DNA of 64,000 bases, taken from NCBI GenBank assembly GCA_963825625.1, contig CAWGUF010000019.1:135534-199533 (forward strand), written 5' to 3'. The translations under genes were made by a program, and so were the position numbers. The notes beneath the pieces are model-generated. The model did no database searches. It saw nothing but the letters and a program-made list of their open reading frames with translations, and was not told where the DNA came from. The stretch comes from an uncultured Alphaproteobacteria bacterium (GTDB taxonomy: Bacteria > Pseudomonadota > Alphaproteobacteria > Rhizobiales > Hyphomicrobiaceae). Shown here piece by piece: positions 1 to 8,565 of this stretch; the first letter of the stretch is position 1; the number at the start of each line of letters is the position of its first letter.

Positions 1-1369
1 GTCCGCATTCGTGCAGATAAGCGATTGATCCCTGCGGCAGCAATCGCGAGATGTCGCGGTCGGAGGCAGCCATGCTCATGCAGCCCCACCAGGCGCTGCC
101 GGCCACCACGGGAATTTCCAGCGCCGGCAACTCCCGCTCCAGGCGGCTCCTGACGCTGGCGCGCACTGCGGCGCCGTCTGCCAGCGGATTGCGCAACTGG
201 TCGATGCGGTTGATGAAGACGATGATGCGGTCTTTGTGCAGACCGTTGAGAATGCGCAGCAGCGAGATCTCGTTGGCCGATAGCGGCTGCAAGGCTGAGA
301 TTACGAATACATAGATGTCGGAGCCTTCCAGGCTGCGGCGTGTGATCTCGTCACGCACGAGGAACGGGTCGTTGGTTCCCGGGGTGTCGATCAGCGTGAC
401 GGGAAAGGCGAACGGGCCGCCGGCCATATACAGATCGGCGGATCGTGTTATATCGGAAAACTGCTGTGTCTGGCCTTGCTGGCCCGGGCCCAGATAGGTT
501 CCGGCACTGACATAGCGTTCGAGCAATTCAGGCGTGATCTGCTGGTAGCCGTGCGTCTGGCCCAGCAGGTTTTCCAGCTGGTCACCGAGACGATGCTCGA
601 CGCGCTGGCGCATCACCTCCACTTGCGCCCGCAGCAACTCCGGCTCGAAGCCGGGAACCAGCCGTTCGGTCAGCTCGCGCAGCCGGCCACCACCTTCCGC
701 AAGCCGTTGCCACTCCTCCCGGCTGAAAAGCTGGAATACGGCCTTGGTGTCCGGCAACGGCCGGTCGTCGCGGCAATGCAGCGAGGTGACGACTGCGGTC
801 CACGGATTGATATCCGTCGGCAGCAGATCCGGCTGCAGCATCAGAGCGTTTATGAAGGAGCTCTTGCCGGCCTTGATCTGTCCGATCACGGCTATGCGGC
901 ATGTCTGCTCGGCGAGGACGCGGCGCGCTTCGGTGACGATCGGCAGCGCATGTGGGTCCAGATGCGGCTCCAGTCGGCCTGCGACGTCGATGAGGCGGCT
1001 GCGGACCTGCTCCAATCGGGTGCCGATGCGCGTTGGTGGCCGCGCTGGCTGCCGCGGCTTGGAGCTATCGTCGACAGCTACGCCGTCGCCACCCTGCGCA
1101 GATGGGTCGGCCACTGTCGGCGGCAACTTGCTCTCATACCCCATACGCTCGTCCGCTACCCTGCATCCCATCCGCCAGCACAACCCTGCTGGATCGGTCC
1201 CCTGCATCGCGAAGCCGTCGCCGTTCCCCGGTTCCCACTGGTCCGGAGAGACCAGGAAGACCAACCGGGGTTGTGCATTCTGGCCCTGCCGCAACGGAAA
1301 TCCCGTCCGATGAACCAGCTTCGAGCCGGCATGCCATTGCCAGAGCCTGATGCGTTCCCCGCCCTGCAC
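1..1369 (-). CDS. dynamin-family GTPase; the C-terminal part runs off the left window edge
   Basis: The minus-strand frame is absent from the ORF track because it has no stop inside the window. My own translation gives a G1 P-loop IAVIGQIKAGKSSFINAL (~nt 870), a G3 motif LIDTPG (~nt 370) and DIYVFVISALQPLSANEISLL, typical of bacterial dynamin-like proteins. There is an in-frame stop at 1370-1372; candidate starts are GTG 1369, ATG ~1210 and ATG 1144. The listed + ORF 476..1378 is the antisense artefact. Confidence 0.65.
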   Translation of the reverse strand, partial: MQGGERIRLWQWHAGSKLVHRTGFPLRQGQNAQPRLVFLVSPDQWEPGNGDGFAMQGTDPAGLCWRMGCRVADERMGYESKLPPTVADPSAQGGDGVAVDDSSKPRQPARPPTRIGTRLEQVRSRLIDVAGRLEPHLDPHALPIVTEARRVLAEQTCRIAVIGQIKAGKSSFINALMLQPDLLPTDINPWTAVVTSLHCRDDRPLPDTKAVFQLFSREEWQRLAEGGGRLRELTERLVPGFEPELLRAQVEVMRQRVEHRLGDQLENLLGQTHGYQQITPELLERYVSAGTYLGPGQQGQTQQFSDITRSADLYMAGGPFAFPVTLIDTPGTNDPFLVRDEITRRSLEGSDIYVFVISALQPLSANEISLLRILNGLHKDRIIVFINRIDQLRNPLADGAAVRASVRSRLERELPALEIPVVAGSAWWGCMSMAASDRDISRLLPQGSIAYLHECG

Positions 1370-1560
1370 CTACTGTAATAATCGTGGCGAATATGTGAGC
1401 AAGTAATTTTCGTGCTTGACAGTGGTAATTTAGCTAAGCGCGCTAGAGGTACACGCTGGAGCGGTCGCCGCGGCTTGCTGGGGCTCGTTGGCGCCGGTAT
1501 AACGCCGCCGGCAGCCGGCTTTCAGGCATCATCATCAACACCGGAGGGAAGGACCCCGCG

Positions 1561-1983
1561 ATGGCCATCGAGCAAACGTTCTCAATTATCAAGCCGGATG
1601 CGACGGCCCGCAATCTGACTGGGCAGATCAATGCCGTGATCGAGAAGGCTGGACTTCGGGTCGTGGCGCAGAAGCGGGTCCGGTGGACACGTGCTCAGGC
1701 GGCTAAATTCTACGAAGAGCATAAGGCGCGCCCGTTCTATGGCGAATTGTGCGAGTTCATGACCTCGGGCCCGATTGTTCTCCAGGTGTTGGAGGGCGAG
1801 GACGCGATTGCCAAGTACCGACAGGTGATGGGTGCCACCGATCCGGCCAAGGCGGACGAGGGCACGATCCGCAAGCTGTTCGCCAAGAGCGTGGGTGAGA
1901 ACTCGGTGCATGGGTCCGACAGCCCAGCTTCGGCCGAGCGTGAAATTGCGCTCAACTTCCGGCTCGATGAGATCGTGGGCTGA
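1561..1983 (+). CDS. ndk: nucleoside diphosphate kinase
   Basis: 140-aa ORF. It starts [13 protein letters not shown] and contains the NSVHGSDS active-site histidine motif. Full-length similarity to Ndk. Confidence 0.95.
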   Translation: MAIEQTFSIIKPDATARNLTGQINAVIEKAGLRVVAQKRVRWTRAQAAKFYEEHKARPFYGELCEFMTSGPIVLQVLEGEDAIAKYRQVMGATDPAKADEGTIRKLFAKSVGENSVHGSDSPASAEREIALNFRLDEIVG

Positions 1984-2107
1984 GATGAAATGAGAGAGAA
2001 TGGAGGCAGCCGCCATTTTCGGCATTGCAAGGGCCAGCAACCTTGCACTGCATGAAAAGTGGTGGCTGTCCCCATTTTTCCGTTCCGATTTCTGGTTGGA
2101 GCATTCC

Positions 2108-2611
2108 ATGATCACACCCGACTATGTGCGCACCATGGCCCGCTACAATCGGTGGCAGAACAACTCGCTCTACCGCGAGGCCGACAAGTTGACCGAGGCG
2201 CAGCGCAGCGAGAACCGCGGCGCATTCTTCGGCTCGGTGCACGCCACCTTGAGCCACATCCTGTTCGGCGATCAGATCTGGATGCACCGGCTCACCGGCT
2301 CTCCAGCGCCAACTGCCACCACGATCAAAGACAGCGTGGCGATGGTGCAGGACTGGTCCGACCTCAAAACGCAGCGCACGGCGTTTGACGGGCTGGTGAT
2401 GGCCTGGGCCGATAAGCTCGAGCCCGCCGTGCTGGAAGGCGAGCTGACATGGATGTCGGCGGCGCTGAATTGGCAGTTCACGCAGCCGCGGTGGATGCTC
2501 GTCACCCACATGTTCAATCACGCCACGCACCACCGGGGGCAGGTGCACTGCATGCTGACCGGCTTCGGGCTGAAGCCTGACGACACCGACATCCCCTTTA
2601 TGCCGAATTAA
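2108..2611 (+). CDS. DinB/DinB_2-family (YfiT-like) putative metal-dependent hydrolase
   Basis: ORF 2000..2611, with the internal Met at 2108 (MITPDYVRTMARYNRWQNNSLY...HATHHRGQ) giving the usual ~170 aa. The upstream 2000-2107 carries palindromic elements rather than coding-looking sequence. Confidence 0.75.
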   Translation: MITPDYVRTMARYNRWQNNSLYREADKLTEAQRSENRGAFFGSVHATLSHILFGDQIWMHRLTGSPAPTATTIKDSVAMVQDWSDLKTQRTAFDGLVMAWADKLEPAVLEGELTWMSAALNWQFTQPRWMLVTHMFNHATHHRGQVHCMLTGFGLKPDDTDIPFMPN

Positions 2612-2671
2612 GCGGCGCGGATTGGGCGACCGCCATGTTCGCGCGCTAACTGGATCGATGCGCGCGTGGGC

Positions 2672-3238
2672 TCAGGCGCCCTCGGCCAGCACCTTCCTCA
2701 GTGCCGCCCGCCGCTCGGGCCGGTACATCTCGTCGTAGGAGCGCGGGCCCAGCGGACCCTGCTCGATCTGCAGCGTTACGAACGCGGGACCGTCGCTCTG
2801 CAGCAGCCGCGGCAGCTTCTGCTCGAACTCCACGAGGTCGGCGATGACGTCGACTTTGTCGATGCCGGCGGCGCGCGCCATGCCGGCGAAATCGACGTTG
2901 TCGCGGTTGACGATCGGGTGGCCGCCATTGGCCTCGTAGGACCCGTTCTGCAATACGAAGTGCAGGAAGTTTTCGGTGCGGCTTGCCGCCAGCGTGACCA
3001 GTGTGCCCAGGTTCATCAGCAGGCTGCCGTCACCATCGAGCACAACCACCTTGCGCTCCGGCCGTGCCAACGCCAGTCCAAGCCCGTGACTGGAGCACAA
3101 GCCCATTGCCCCATGACTGAAATAATTGAGCGGGCGGTCATTGACCCGTATCCAGTCGCTGGCTGTGGAATAGGACGAGACCACGATCTCGTTGGTGATA
3201 TGGCGCTTGAGGATCTCGAGCAGGGCGACGCGGTTCAT
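2672..3238 (-). CDS. TPP-dependent decarboxylase, beta (C-terminal TPP-binding) subunit; sulfopyruvate/phosphonopyruvate decarboxylase ComE-like
   Basis: ORF 2672..3601 is trimmed to Met122 (MNRVALLEILKRH...). It carries the VVLDGDGSLLMNLG TPP-binding motif. A GAGGGAG RBS lies 8 nt upstream of ATG 3238. Confidence 0.75.
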   Translation of the reverse strand: MNRVALLEILKRHITNEIVVSSYSTASDWIRVNDRPLNYFSHGAMGLCSSHGLGLALARPERKVVVLDGDGSLLMNLGTLVTLAASRTENFLHFVLQNGSYEANGGHPIVNRDNVDFAGMARAAGIDKVDVIADLVEFEQKLPRLLQSDGPAFVTLQIEQGPLGPRSYDEMYRPERRAALRKVLAEGA

Positions 3239-3255
3239 TATGATAGCTCCCTCGT

Positions 3256-3789
3256 TCAGACTGGCCGGCGGCCGATGGTCAATGCCACCGGACGCGAGGT
3301 CGCATAGGCCTGCTCGATGGCCGGTGCGATCTTGGGGATGTCTGCATCGGTATCGATGTAATGATGGGGAATGCCCAGCACGTCCAGCATGGGCTCGGTG
3401 ATTCGTACTCCGAACCTGTTGGATTGCGTCGGTGCCACATCGGGCTCTTTCGACAAGAGGCCGATCATCATCACCATCGGCATCTCGTGCTCGCACGCCA
3501 CCGCCCGGATCGCGTTCATGGCGTAGAGAAAACCGGTGTATTGAATGAGGATCAGGGCGCGCTTGTTGCCATAGGTGAGGCCCGCCGCAATGCCCAGGCA
3601 CTCGTCCTCCTTGCAGACGCGGACGAGCTTGAGGTCCGTGTCCTCTGCCACACGCTTGAGCACACCCTGGCTGGTATGCAGGTCCGGCACTGACAGCACG
3701 TATTCCACGCCGGCCGCCTTCACCGCCTTTATGATCTCCTCGCCACTGAGCGTTCGGGCGTCGGACGCCGGCCTGGTTGCCGCTTTCAT
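3256..3789 (-). CDS. TPP-dependent decarboxylase, alpha (N-terminal pyrimidine-binding) subunit; ComD-like
   Basis: 177-aa ORF with the TPP-enzyme N-terminal domain pattern (GVEYVLSVPDLHTSQGV...GLLS). Its stop is 17 nt upstream of the beta-subunit start, which suggests a two-gene operon. Confidence 0.75.
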   Translation of the reverse strand: MKAATRPASDARTLSGEEIIKAVKAAGVEYVLSVPDLHTSQGVLKRVAEDTDLKLVRVCKEDECLGIAAGLTYGNKRALILIQYTGFLYAMNAIRAVACEHEMPMVMMIGLLSKEPDVAPTQSNRFGVRITEPMLDVLGIPHHYIDTDADIPKIAPAIEQAYATSRPVALTIGRRPV

Positions 3790-3852
3790 TTCGCTTCCTC
3801 GCCTGATAGCGCTTTGGTATGCGTTGTTTGCTACTGTTTTTCCGGCCGGTTC

Positions 3853-4305
3853 TCAGGCCAATCCCAGCCGGCTGGCGGCCAGTTGAATGAGCCGGGCCGC
3901 ACCGTCGGTGAGCCGATAACTACCAACGTCCGACAGCGGAACGAAGCGCGCATCCGAGATGTCGGTCTCGGCCTTGGGCTCGCCGGCCACCCACGTGCCG
4001 TAGAACACCGAAAGGCTGTAATGGCCTTTCACTCTGCCGGCCTCGTCGCGCTGAACGATGTCGTGCAGGTCGAGCAGACCCTCTATGTTGACCTGCAGCC
4101 TCGTTTCCTCGGCGATCTCGCGCAACGCAGCCTGGCTTGCCGTCTCACCCATCTTCACTTTGCCGCCGGGAAAGCTCCAGTACCCAACCTTCGGGCCATA
4201 GGCGCGCTCGGCGAGCAGCACCGTTGGGCCGCGAAAAATGGCGGCACTGGCGCAGGGGCGCGGCCACGGCCAGTGCTCGGGCGCAGGTCTTGGATCTGGT
4301 GTCAT
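3853..4305 (-). CDS. NUDIX hydrolase
   Basis: Nudix box GYWSFPGGKVKMGETASQAALREIAEETRL. ORF 3853..4560 is trimmed to Met86 (MTPDPRP...); ATG at 4305 checked in the sequence. Confidence 0.8.
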   Translation of the reverse strand: MTPDPRPAPEHWPWPRPCASAAIFRGPTVLLAERAYGPKVGYWSFPGGKVKMGETASQAALREIAEETRLQVNIEGLLDLHDIVQRDEAGRVKGHYSLSVFYGTWVAGEPKAETDISDARFVPLSDVGSYRLTDGAARLIQLAASRLGLA

Positions 4306-4472
4306 GCTGGTCGTCGCCTCATGGTCAGCGGTACGGGCAACAGCGTATGCGATGGCCGGCCTGCCTGTCCATGCGTGTCCGACATGGCGTGTCCTAGATG
4401 GCGGTAGCGCCGGCCGCTGCCACCCGCTACCATGATCCGGACGATAAAACCCCGTTTCAGCCGGAGGCCCGC

Positions 4473-5183
4473 ATGGCACGTGATTTCGAGGATCATTGCT
4501 GGAAGGACGTGATTCCGCAGCAGATGCTGGACATTTACCAGCATTACGCCCGCGAGACATACGTCGGCGATGCGCCGGCGCTGCTCGCCATCGACCTTTA
4601 TGAACTCGTGTATCAGGGCGGCGCCAGGCCAGTACAGGAGGTGACGAAGGAGTTTCCGTCCGCTTGCGGCGAATACGCCTACAACGCCATCCCGCCGACG
4701 AAACAGGTGTTCGCCGCCGCCCGCGCTGCCGGCTTGCCGGTCATCTATACAACTTCAGACGCCCGGCCAGACAGCCGCCCGCGCCGCGTATCGGCCACCA
4801 ACCGCAAGGGTGTGCCGCTCGACCCGTCGGCCTATGAGATCCGCGCCGACTTCAAGCCGGAGCCCGGCGACACCGTCATCACCAAGCAGCGCGCAAGTGC
4901 CTTCTTCGGCACACCGCTGGTCGCCCACTTGAACATGCTGGGGGTGCGCTCGCTGATCATCGTCGGCGACAGCACGTCGGGCTGCGTGCGCGCCAGCGCT
5001 GTCGATGCCTACAGCCACGGCTACCACGTCACGCTGGTGGAGGAATGCTGCTTCGACCGTTGCGAGCTGTCGCACAAGGTCAACCTGTTCGACATGCATC
5101 ACAAGTACTGCGATGTCATGCACGTCGACGAGGTTCTGGCGGCGCTGACAAAAATGAAGCCCGCGCGCGCAGCGGCGGAGTGA
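4473..5183 (+). CDS. isochorismatase-family cysteine hydrolase
   Basis: IIVGDSTSGCVRASAVDAYSHGY is typical of the isochorismatase/CSHase fold. ORF 4398..5183 is trimmed to Met26. Confidence 0.8.
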   Translation: MARDFEDHCWKDVIPQQMLDIYQHYARETYVGDAPALLAIDLYELVYQGGARPVQEVTKEFPSACGEYAYNAIPPTKQVFAAARAAGLPVIYTTSDARPDSRPRRVSATNRKGVPLDPSAYEIRADFKPEPGDTVITKQRASAFFGTPLVAHLNMLGVRSLIIVGDSTSGCVRASAVDAYSHGYHVTLVEECCFDRCELSHKVNLFDMHHKYCDVMHVDEVLAALTKMKPARAAAE

Positions 5184-5209
5184 GCCGATCAGCTGCGCGC
5201 CTTCAGTTT

Positions 5210-5274
5210 GTCGCTGGCGACTCCCCTTCGGGGAGCCGGCCGCCAGCGACGTGCGATACGCGCCGTTATTTTTG
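5210..5274 (+). terminator. probable intrinsic terminator after the isochorismatase gene
   Basis: Inverted repeat GTCGCTGGCG-ACTCCCC-TTCG-GGGAG-CCGGC-CGCCAGCGAC at 5210-5250, then a T-run TTATTTTT at ~5267-5274. Confidence 0.4.
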
Positions 5275-5547
5275 CGCTGCGACTGCGGCGCTTACGCAAT
5301 GCCTCGGATCGGCCATGACGGTCGATCGGGCATCGAGCAGGCGTCAAGCTGGCCGTCATGGCCGCGCCGGACAGAGGCGCAGCCGAAGTCCGGGACCAGG
5401 CGGCCATCCATGGCGGCGATCGGCATGCGTTGCGGTCGATCCACTTTGAGGCGCTTTCATGCCCCTGACGGCGAATCAATCTGTACAGCTCTTGACGATC
5501 AGCGCATAGTTAACACGCGGTGGAGTACATGCGCGGAGGGCGGCGTG

Positions 5548-6837
5548 ATGGAATGCGGCTCGGGTGAGTGGGCTTGTGTGGTTCTAAGCTTACTAGAAAA
5601 GCATGGGGTGGAGGCATCTCACGCGCTTGGTTGGCTGCCTAGCGTGGAGCTTCACGTTAGAGAAAACATACAGGCATTGATTGGCCTGCTTGGTCTATCA
5701 TTTGGTATCTATAAATGGTGGTATTTTCGTGATCGCGCCCTTCATCAGCGGCTTAAGGCCTATCTCAGCGAGCAGGATGCGCGCCTGAAAGAGGCGAGGT
5801 CGTATACGCTTGAGGCGATTAACCGGCCAGGAGCGAAGCGTCGGTTTGCCGAACCGCTTTTCGCCGTGGAGCCATTGCGCAAAGTGCTTCATAAGAAGGG
5901 TTGGAATTCCATTTTGAGCGCGAATACGCTTGAAACAGGTGCCGAACGCCTGATTGAGCAGGCTCTGCAAGGTGTCGAGGACCGGCTTGCAACGTCTCAG
6001 AACCAACTTGCGAGTTTTCGAGTGCAGCAAGCGAGTGCGCATTTACTCAAGGGCGCGATTGCGGCCGCGCGAGCTTCAAACATGCGAGATAGCGCACAAG
6101 CGTTCGCGTTGGATGATCGGGCCTTGAATGCATTTCGGACAGTGCAACTTGTTCCGGGATATGAACGTGATGTCGATGCGAAAGAGTTCGAGGCTCACCA
6201 GTTGCGAAAGCTGGGGCATCTTGCATTGGCGAAAGCTGCTTATTTGAAAACAGAAGAGTTTGCGGGTTTTTTGACCGATCAGCGTTCACGGGACTTGACA
6301 ACTGCTCGTTGCCGGCGCTGGCGCGCTAGTATTGAGCAGCAAGAAGCTATAGAGAGGTATGCTCGAGGCCAGCAAATTGGACGTGGGAGTCATAGAGCTC
6401 AGCAGTTGCTTAGAGGCGACGAAGCTGGTCAGGTTTTAGGTGCACTAATGTTGCGCAAACCGTATGAGCCGTTTGGCGGTTGGGATGCAATCGACCAAGG
6501 AGACTACCACTATTTTGCAGCGTTTGTGAGCGATAATTTGGGCTTTAATCTCCAAAGAGACGGAAGTCTCAATGACGCCGTTACTGAATACAAGCGAGTA
6601 TTGGAGAATACGCCGAGAAAATTATTCGGGTCCGAAACCAACAGGCGTCTGCGGGCTGCAGCTCATGCAGGTCTGGATCGCGCGCGAGCGGCTCAGAATA
6701 AAAGGCAGTTTGACGCCGCTTGGCTTCTGGCGCCATCACAGCCAGCGCAGGCCCATGCCCACGACGTAGGCCAGTCCAGCGGCGAGCAGGCCATTGACGA
6801 AGCTGCGGAGCAGGATGGCGTTGACGGCGCCCGATAG
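5548..6837 (+). CDS. hypothetical membrane-anchored alpha-helical protein encoded on a low-GC insertion; C-terminal end uncertain
   Basis: ATG 5548 sits 7 nt after a GGAGGG RBS. The product has one predicted TM helix (IQALIGLLGLSFGIYKWWYF) followed by ~370 aa of helical, Ala/Arg/Gln/Glu-rich sequence with no motif I recognise. The DNA at 5470-6725 is visibly AT-richer than its flanks. The frame has no stop until 6837, where it runs antisense through the neighbouring gene. Confidence 0.5.
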   Translation: MECGSGEWACVVLSLLEKHGVEASHALGWLPSVELHVRENIQALIGLLGLSFGIYKWWYFRDRALHQRLKAYLSEQDARLKEARSYTLEAINRPGAKRRFAEPLFAVEPLRKVLHKKGWNSILSANTLETGAERLIEQALQGVEDRLATSQNQLASFRVQQASAHLLKGAIAAARASNMRDSAQAFALDDRALNAFRTVQLVPGYERDVDAKEFEAHQLRKLGHLALAKAAYLKTEEFAGFLTDQRSRDLTTARCRRWRASIEQQEAIERYARGQQIGRGSHRAQQLLRGDEAGQVLGALMLRKPYEPFGGWDAIDQGDYHYFAAFVSDNLGFNLQRDGSLNDAVTEYKRVLENTPRKLFGSETNRRLRAAAHAGLDRARAAQNKRQFDAAWLLAPSQPAQAHAHDVGQSSGEQAIDEAAEQDGVDGAR

Positions 6838-6984
6838 TCCGAGATCGCGGCCGCGCTCGTAAAGCGGCGCGTGCTGGGCATACGAGATCGAGGCGAGCGC
6901 TATAGCGGCGGCGGCGACGGCCCACGGCGGCACGCCCGCAAAGCCTGCGAGAGAGGCGCCAAGTACTGCCAGATAGGCGAGCAT
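6736..6984 (-). CDS. small hydrophobic (2-3 TM) membrane protein
   Basis: 82-aa ORF with native GC content and hydrophobic segments (LAYLAVLGASLAGFAGV..., LLAAGLAYVVGMGL). Confidence 0.45.
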   Translation of the reverse strand: MLAYLAVLGASLAGFAGVPPWAVAAAAIALASISYAQHAPLYERGRDLGLSGAVNAILLRSFVNGLLAAGLAYVVGMGLRWL

Positions 6985-7090
6985 GGTTGTGTCTCCGAGA
7001 CCGCCACGCCCGCACCCCCTGCCAAGCGGCCGCGCAAGTTATGCCCGGATTCGGTTGCGGATGGGAGCGCGATCCCCAGGAATTACCAGC

Positions 7091-7115
7091 CCAGCGACCG
7101 CGCCGCGCTGGTTTT
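7091..7115 (+). terminator. hairpin plus T-tract (CCAGCG-N9-CGCTGG-TTTT)
   Basis: Perfect 6-bp inverted repeat followed by TTTT. It lies immediately upstream of the repeat array. Confidence 0.3.
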
Positions 7116-7120
7116 GGCAC

Positions 7121-7243
7121 GCTCCGGGCAACAGCCCGACGCGGTTTTTTGTTTCGCTCCGGGCAACAGCCCGACGCGTCTTTGTTCCGCTCCGGGCAAC
7201 AGCCCGACGCTGTCTTAGCGCGCTCCGGGCAACAGCCCGACGC
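7121..7243. repeat. four tandem direct repeats of the 22-bp unit GCTCCGGGCAACAGCCCGACGC, with 11-13 bp T-rich spacers (period 33-35 bp)
   Basis: Copies at 7121-7142, 7156-7177, 7189-7210 and 7222-7243, identical over 22 bp. Each can form a CGGGC/GCCCG hairpin with loop AACA. The array is intergenic, ~70-190 bp upstream of the acyltransferase gene. Confidence 0.85.
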
Positions 7244-7310
7244 TTGGTGGGCATGATTGCTGCAGCGGGGGGTGAGAGAAACCCAGGCTCCTCCAGTTGA
7301 CGTGGCAACA

Positions 7311-8456
7311 ATGTTCAGAATCGGACCATTCCGCAGCTCAAATGCCCCGGCGCAGCGTCGAGATGTTTCAATTCGCGACACCGATACCGGGCGGCGCAGG
7401 CGTGAAGGCCGGCTCGACTGGTTCGATTATGCCAAGGGTATCTGCATCATCCTGGTGGTGATGCTGCACTCCACGATCGGCACCGGCGAGGCCTACCGGG
7501 ACTGGGGGCTGGCGCCGCAGGGCTTCATGCATACGGTGGTGGCCTATGCCAAGCCGTTCCGCATGCCGGATTTCTTCATGCTGTCTGGTCTGTTTCTGTC
7601 CTATGCGATCGGCCGTGGCTGGCTGCACTATCTCGACAAGAAGCTGGTGCATTTCGCCTATTTCTATCTGCTGTGGACGACGATCCAGGTGGTGGTGAGA
7701 ACCGGCGCGACGAGCGGGCTGGAACCTGCCGGACTGTCGGCGCAACTGGTGGATGCGCTGGTGAACCCCTATCCGACGCTGTGGTTCATCTACGTGCTGC
7801 CGCTATTCTTCATCCTGACCAAGGCGATGCACGGCACAGTGCCGGGCTGGCTGATGCTGGCCGGCGCCGCGCTGCTGCAGATCCTGCCGGTGCATACCGG
7901 GTGGAAGGCGATCGACAGCATGGGCGCCCACTATTACGTCTACTTCCTGGCCGGCTATCTGCTCGCGCCGCGGATCTTCGCGTTGGCGCGCTGGGCGGAG
8001 GAGAACAGCGGCCGGGCTCTGGCGATGATCGCCGGCTGGGCCGTGCTGAACGGCATTCTGGTCTTCACTCCTAGCCCCATCGAGGGCTGGACGTCGGTGG
8101 CGGCGCTGCCGGTCGTTTCGCTGGCGCTGGGCGGTCTGGGTGCGGTGGCGATCATCATGATCGCCAGCGTGATGGCCAAGGCCGACGTGCTGGGCATCAT
8201 CCGATATTGCGGCAAACATTCGCTGGTACTCTACGTCTCGTTCACGATTCCGATGGCAACGACCCGGGTGCTGCTGCTGAAGACGGGTCTTGTCGCGGAT
8301 ACGGGGCTGGCTTCCGTGATCGTGTGGCTGGCGGCGCTGGCGGGGCCGCTGGTGCTGTACCTGATGGTGCGGTCGACGCCGCTGCGCTTCCTCTATGAGC
8401 GCCCGGACTGGCTGGTGCTGCCGTATCGCAGGTCGGCCACGGCGCAGGCCACCTGA
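7311..8456 (+). CDS. acyltransferase-3 family integral membrane protein (OafA/ExoZ-like)
   Basis: [20 protein letters not shown], the N-terminal motif of acyltransferase family 3, with about 10 predicted TM segments. ORF 7257..8456; start chosen at Met19. Confidence 0.8.
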   Translation: MFRIGPFRSSNAPAQRRDVSIRDTDTGRRRREGRLDWFDYAKGICIILVVMLHSTIGTGEAYRDWGLAPQGFMHTVVAYAKPFRMPDFFMLSGLFLSYAIGRGWLHYLDKKLVHFAYFYLLWTTIQVVVRTGATSGLEPAGLSAQLVDALVNPYPTLWFIYVLPLFFILTKAMHGTVPGWLMLAGAALLQILPVHTGWKAIDSMGAHYYVYFLAGYLLAPRIFALARWAEENSGRALAMIAGWAVLNGILVFTPSPIEGWTSVAALPVVSLALGGLGAVAIIMIASVMAKADVLGIIRYCGKHSLVLYVSFTIPMATTRVLLLKTGLVADTGLASVIVWLAALAGPLVLYLMVRSTPLRFLYERPDWLVLPYRRSATAQAT

Positions 8457-8565
8457 GGACCGTCGGCAGCGCCGGGGCCCCAGCCGCAAAGACGCACCGC
8501 GGCGAAAACGTGTTGTGAACGCCGCGGGCCGCCTTGAGCGGTGCGGGTTGTCGCGCCATATTCGG

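Noticed and set aside
476-1378. 300-aa plus-strand ORF at the left edge
   Set aside because: Translation is Arg/Gln-rich nonsense. The opposite strand encodes a clean dynamin-like GTPase with P-loop and DxxG motifs. So it is an antisense artefact of high GC.
1416-1450. TTGACA box upstream of ndk as a sigma-70 promoter
   Set aside because: No acceptable -10 hexamer at 16-18 bp spacing. Alphaproteobacterial promoters are too degenerate to call from one hexamer.
7121-7243. Possible CRISPR array
   Set aside because: Repeat is 22 bp with only 11-13 bp spacers and four units. This is far outside CRISPR repeat/spacer dimensions, and no cas genes are nearby. Treated as a regulatory or dispersed repeat instead.
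8395-8565. Long N-terminal extensions given by the ORF finder (uvrB from 8395, XDH subunit from 12398, acyltransferase from 7257, island ORF from 5251, Sel1 from 47949, kynU from 57239)
   Set aside because: Extensions overlap upstream genes or lack homology. Internal Met or Val codons with RBS-like purine runs match the family-typical N-termini, so I trimmed the starts.
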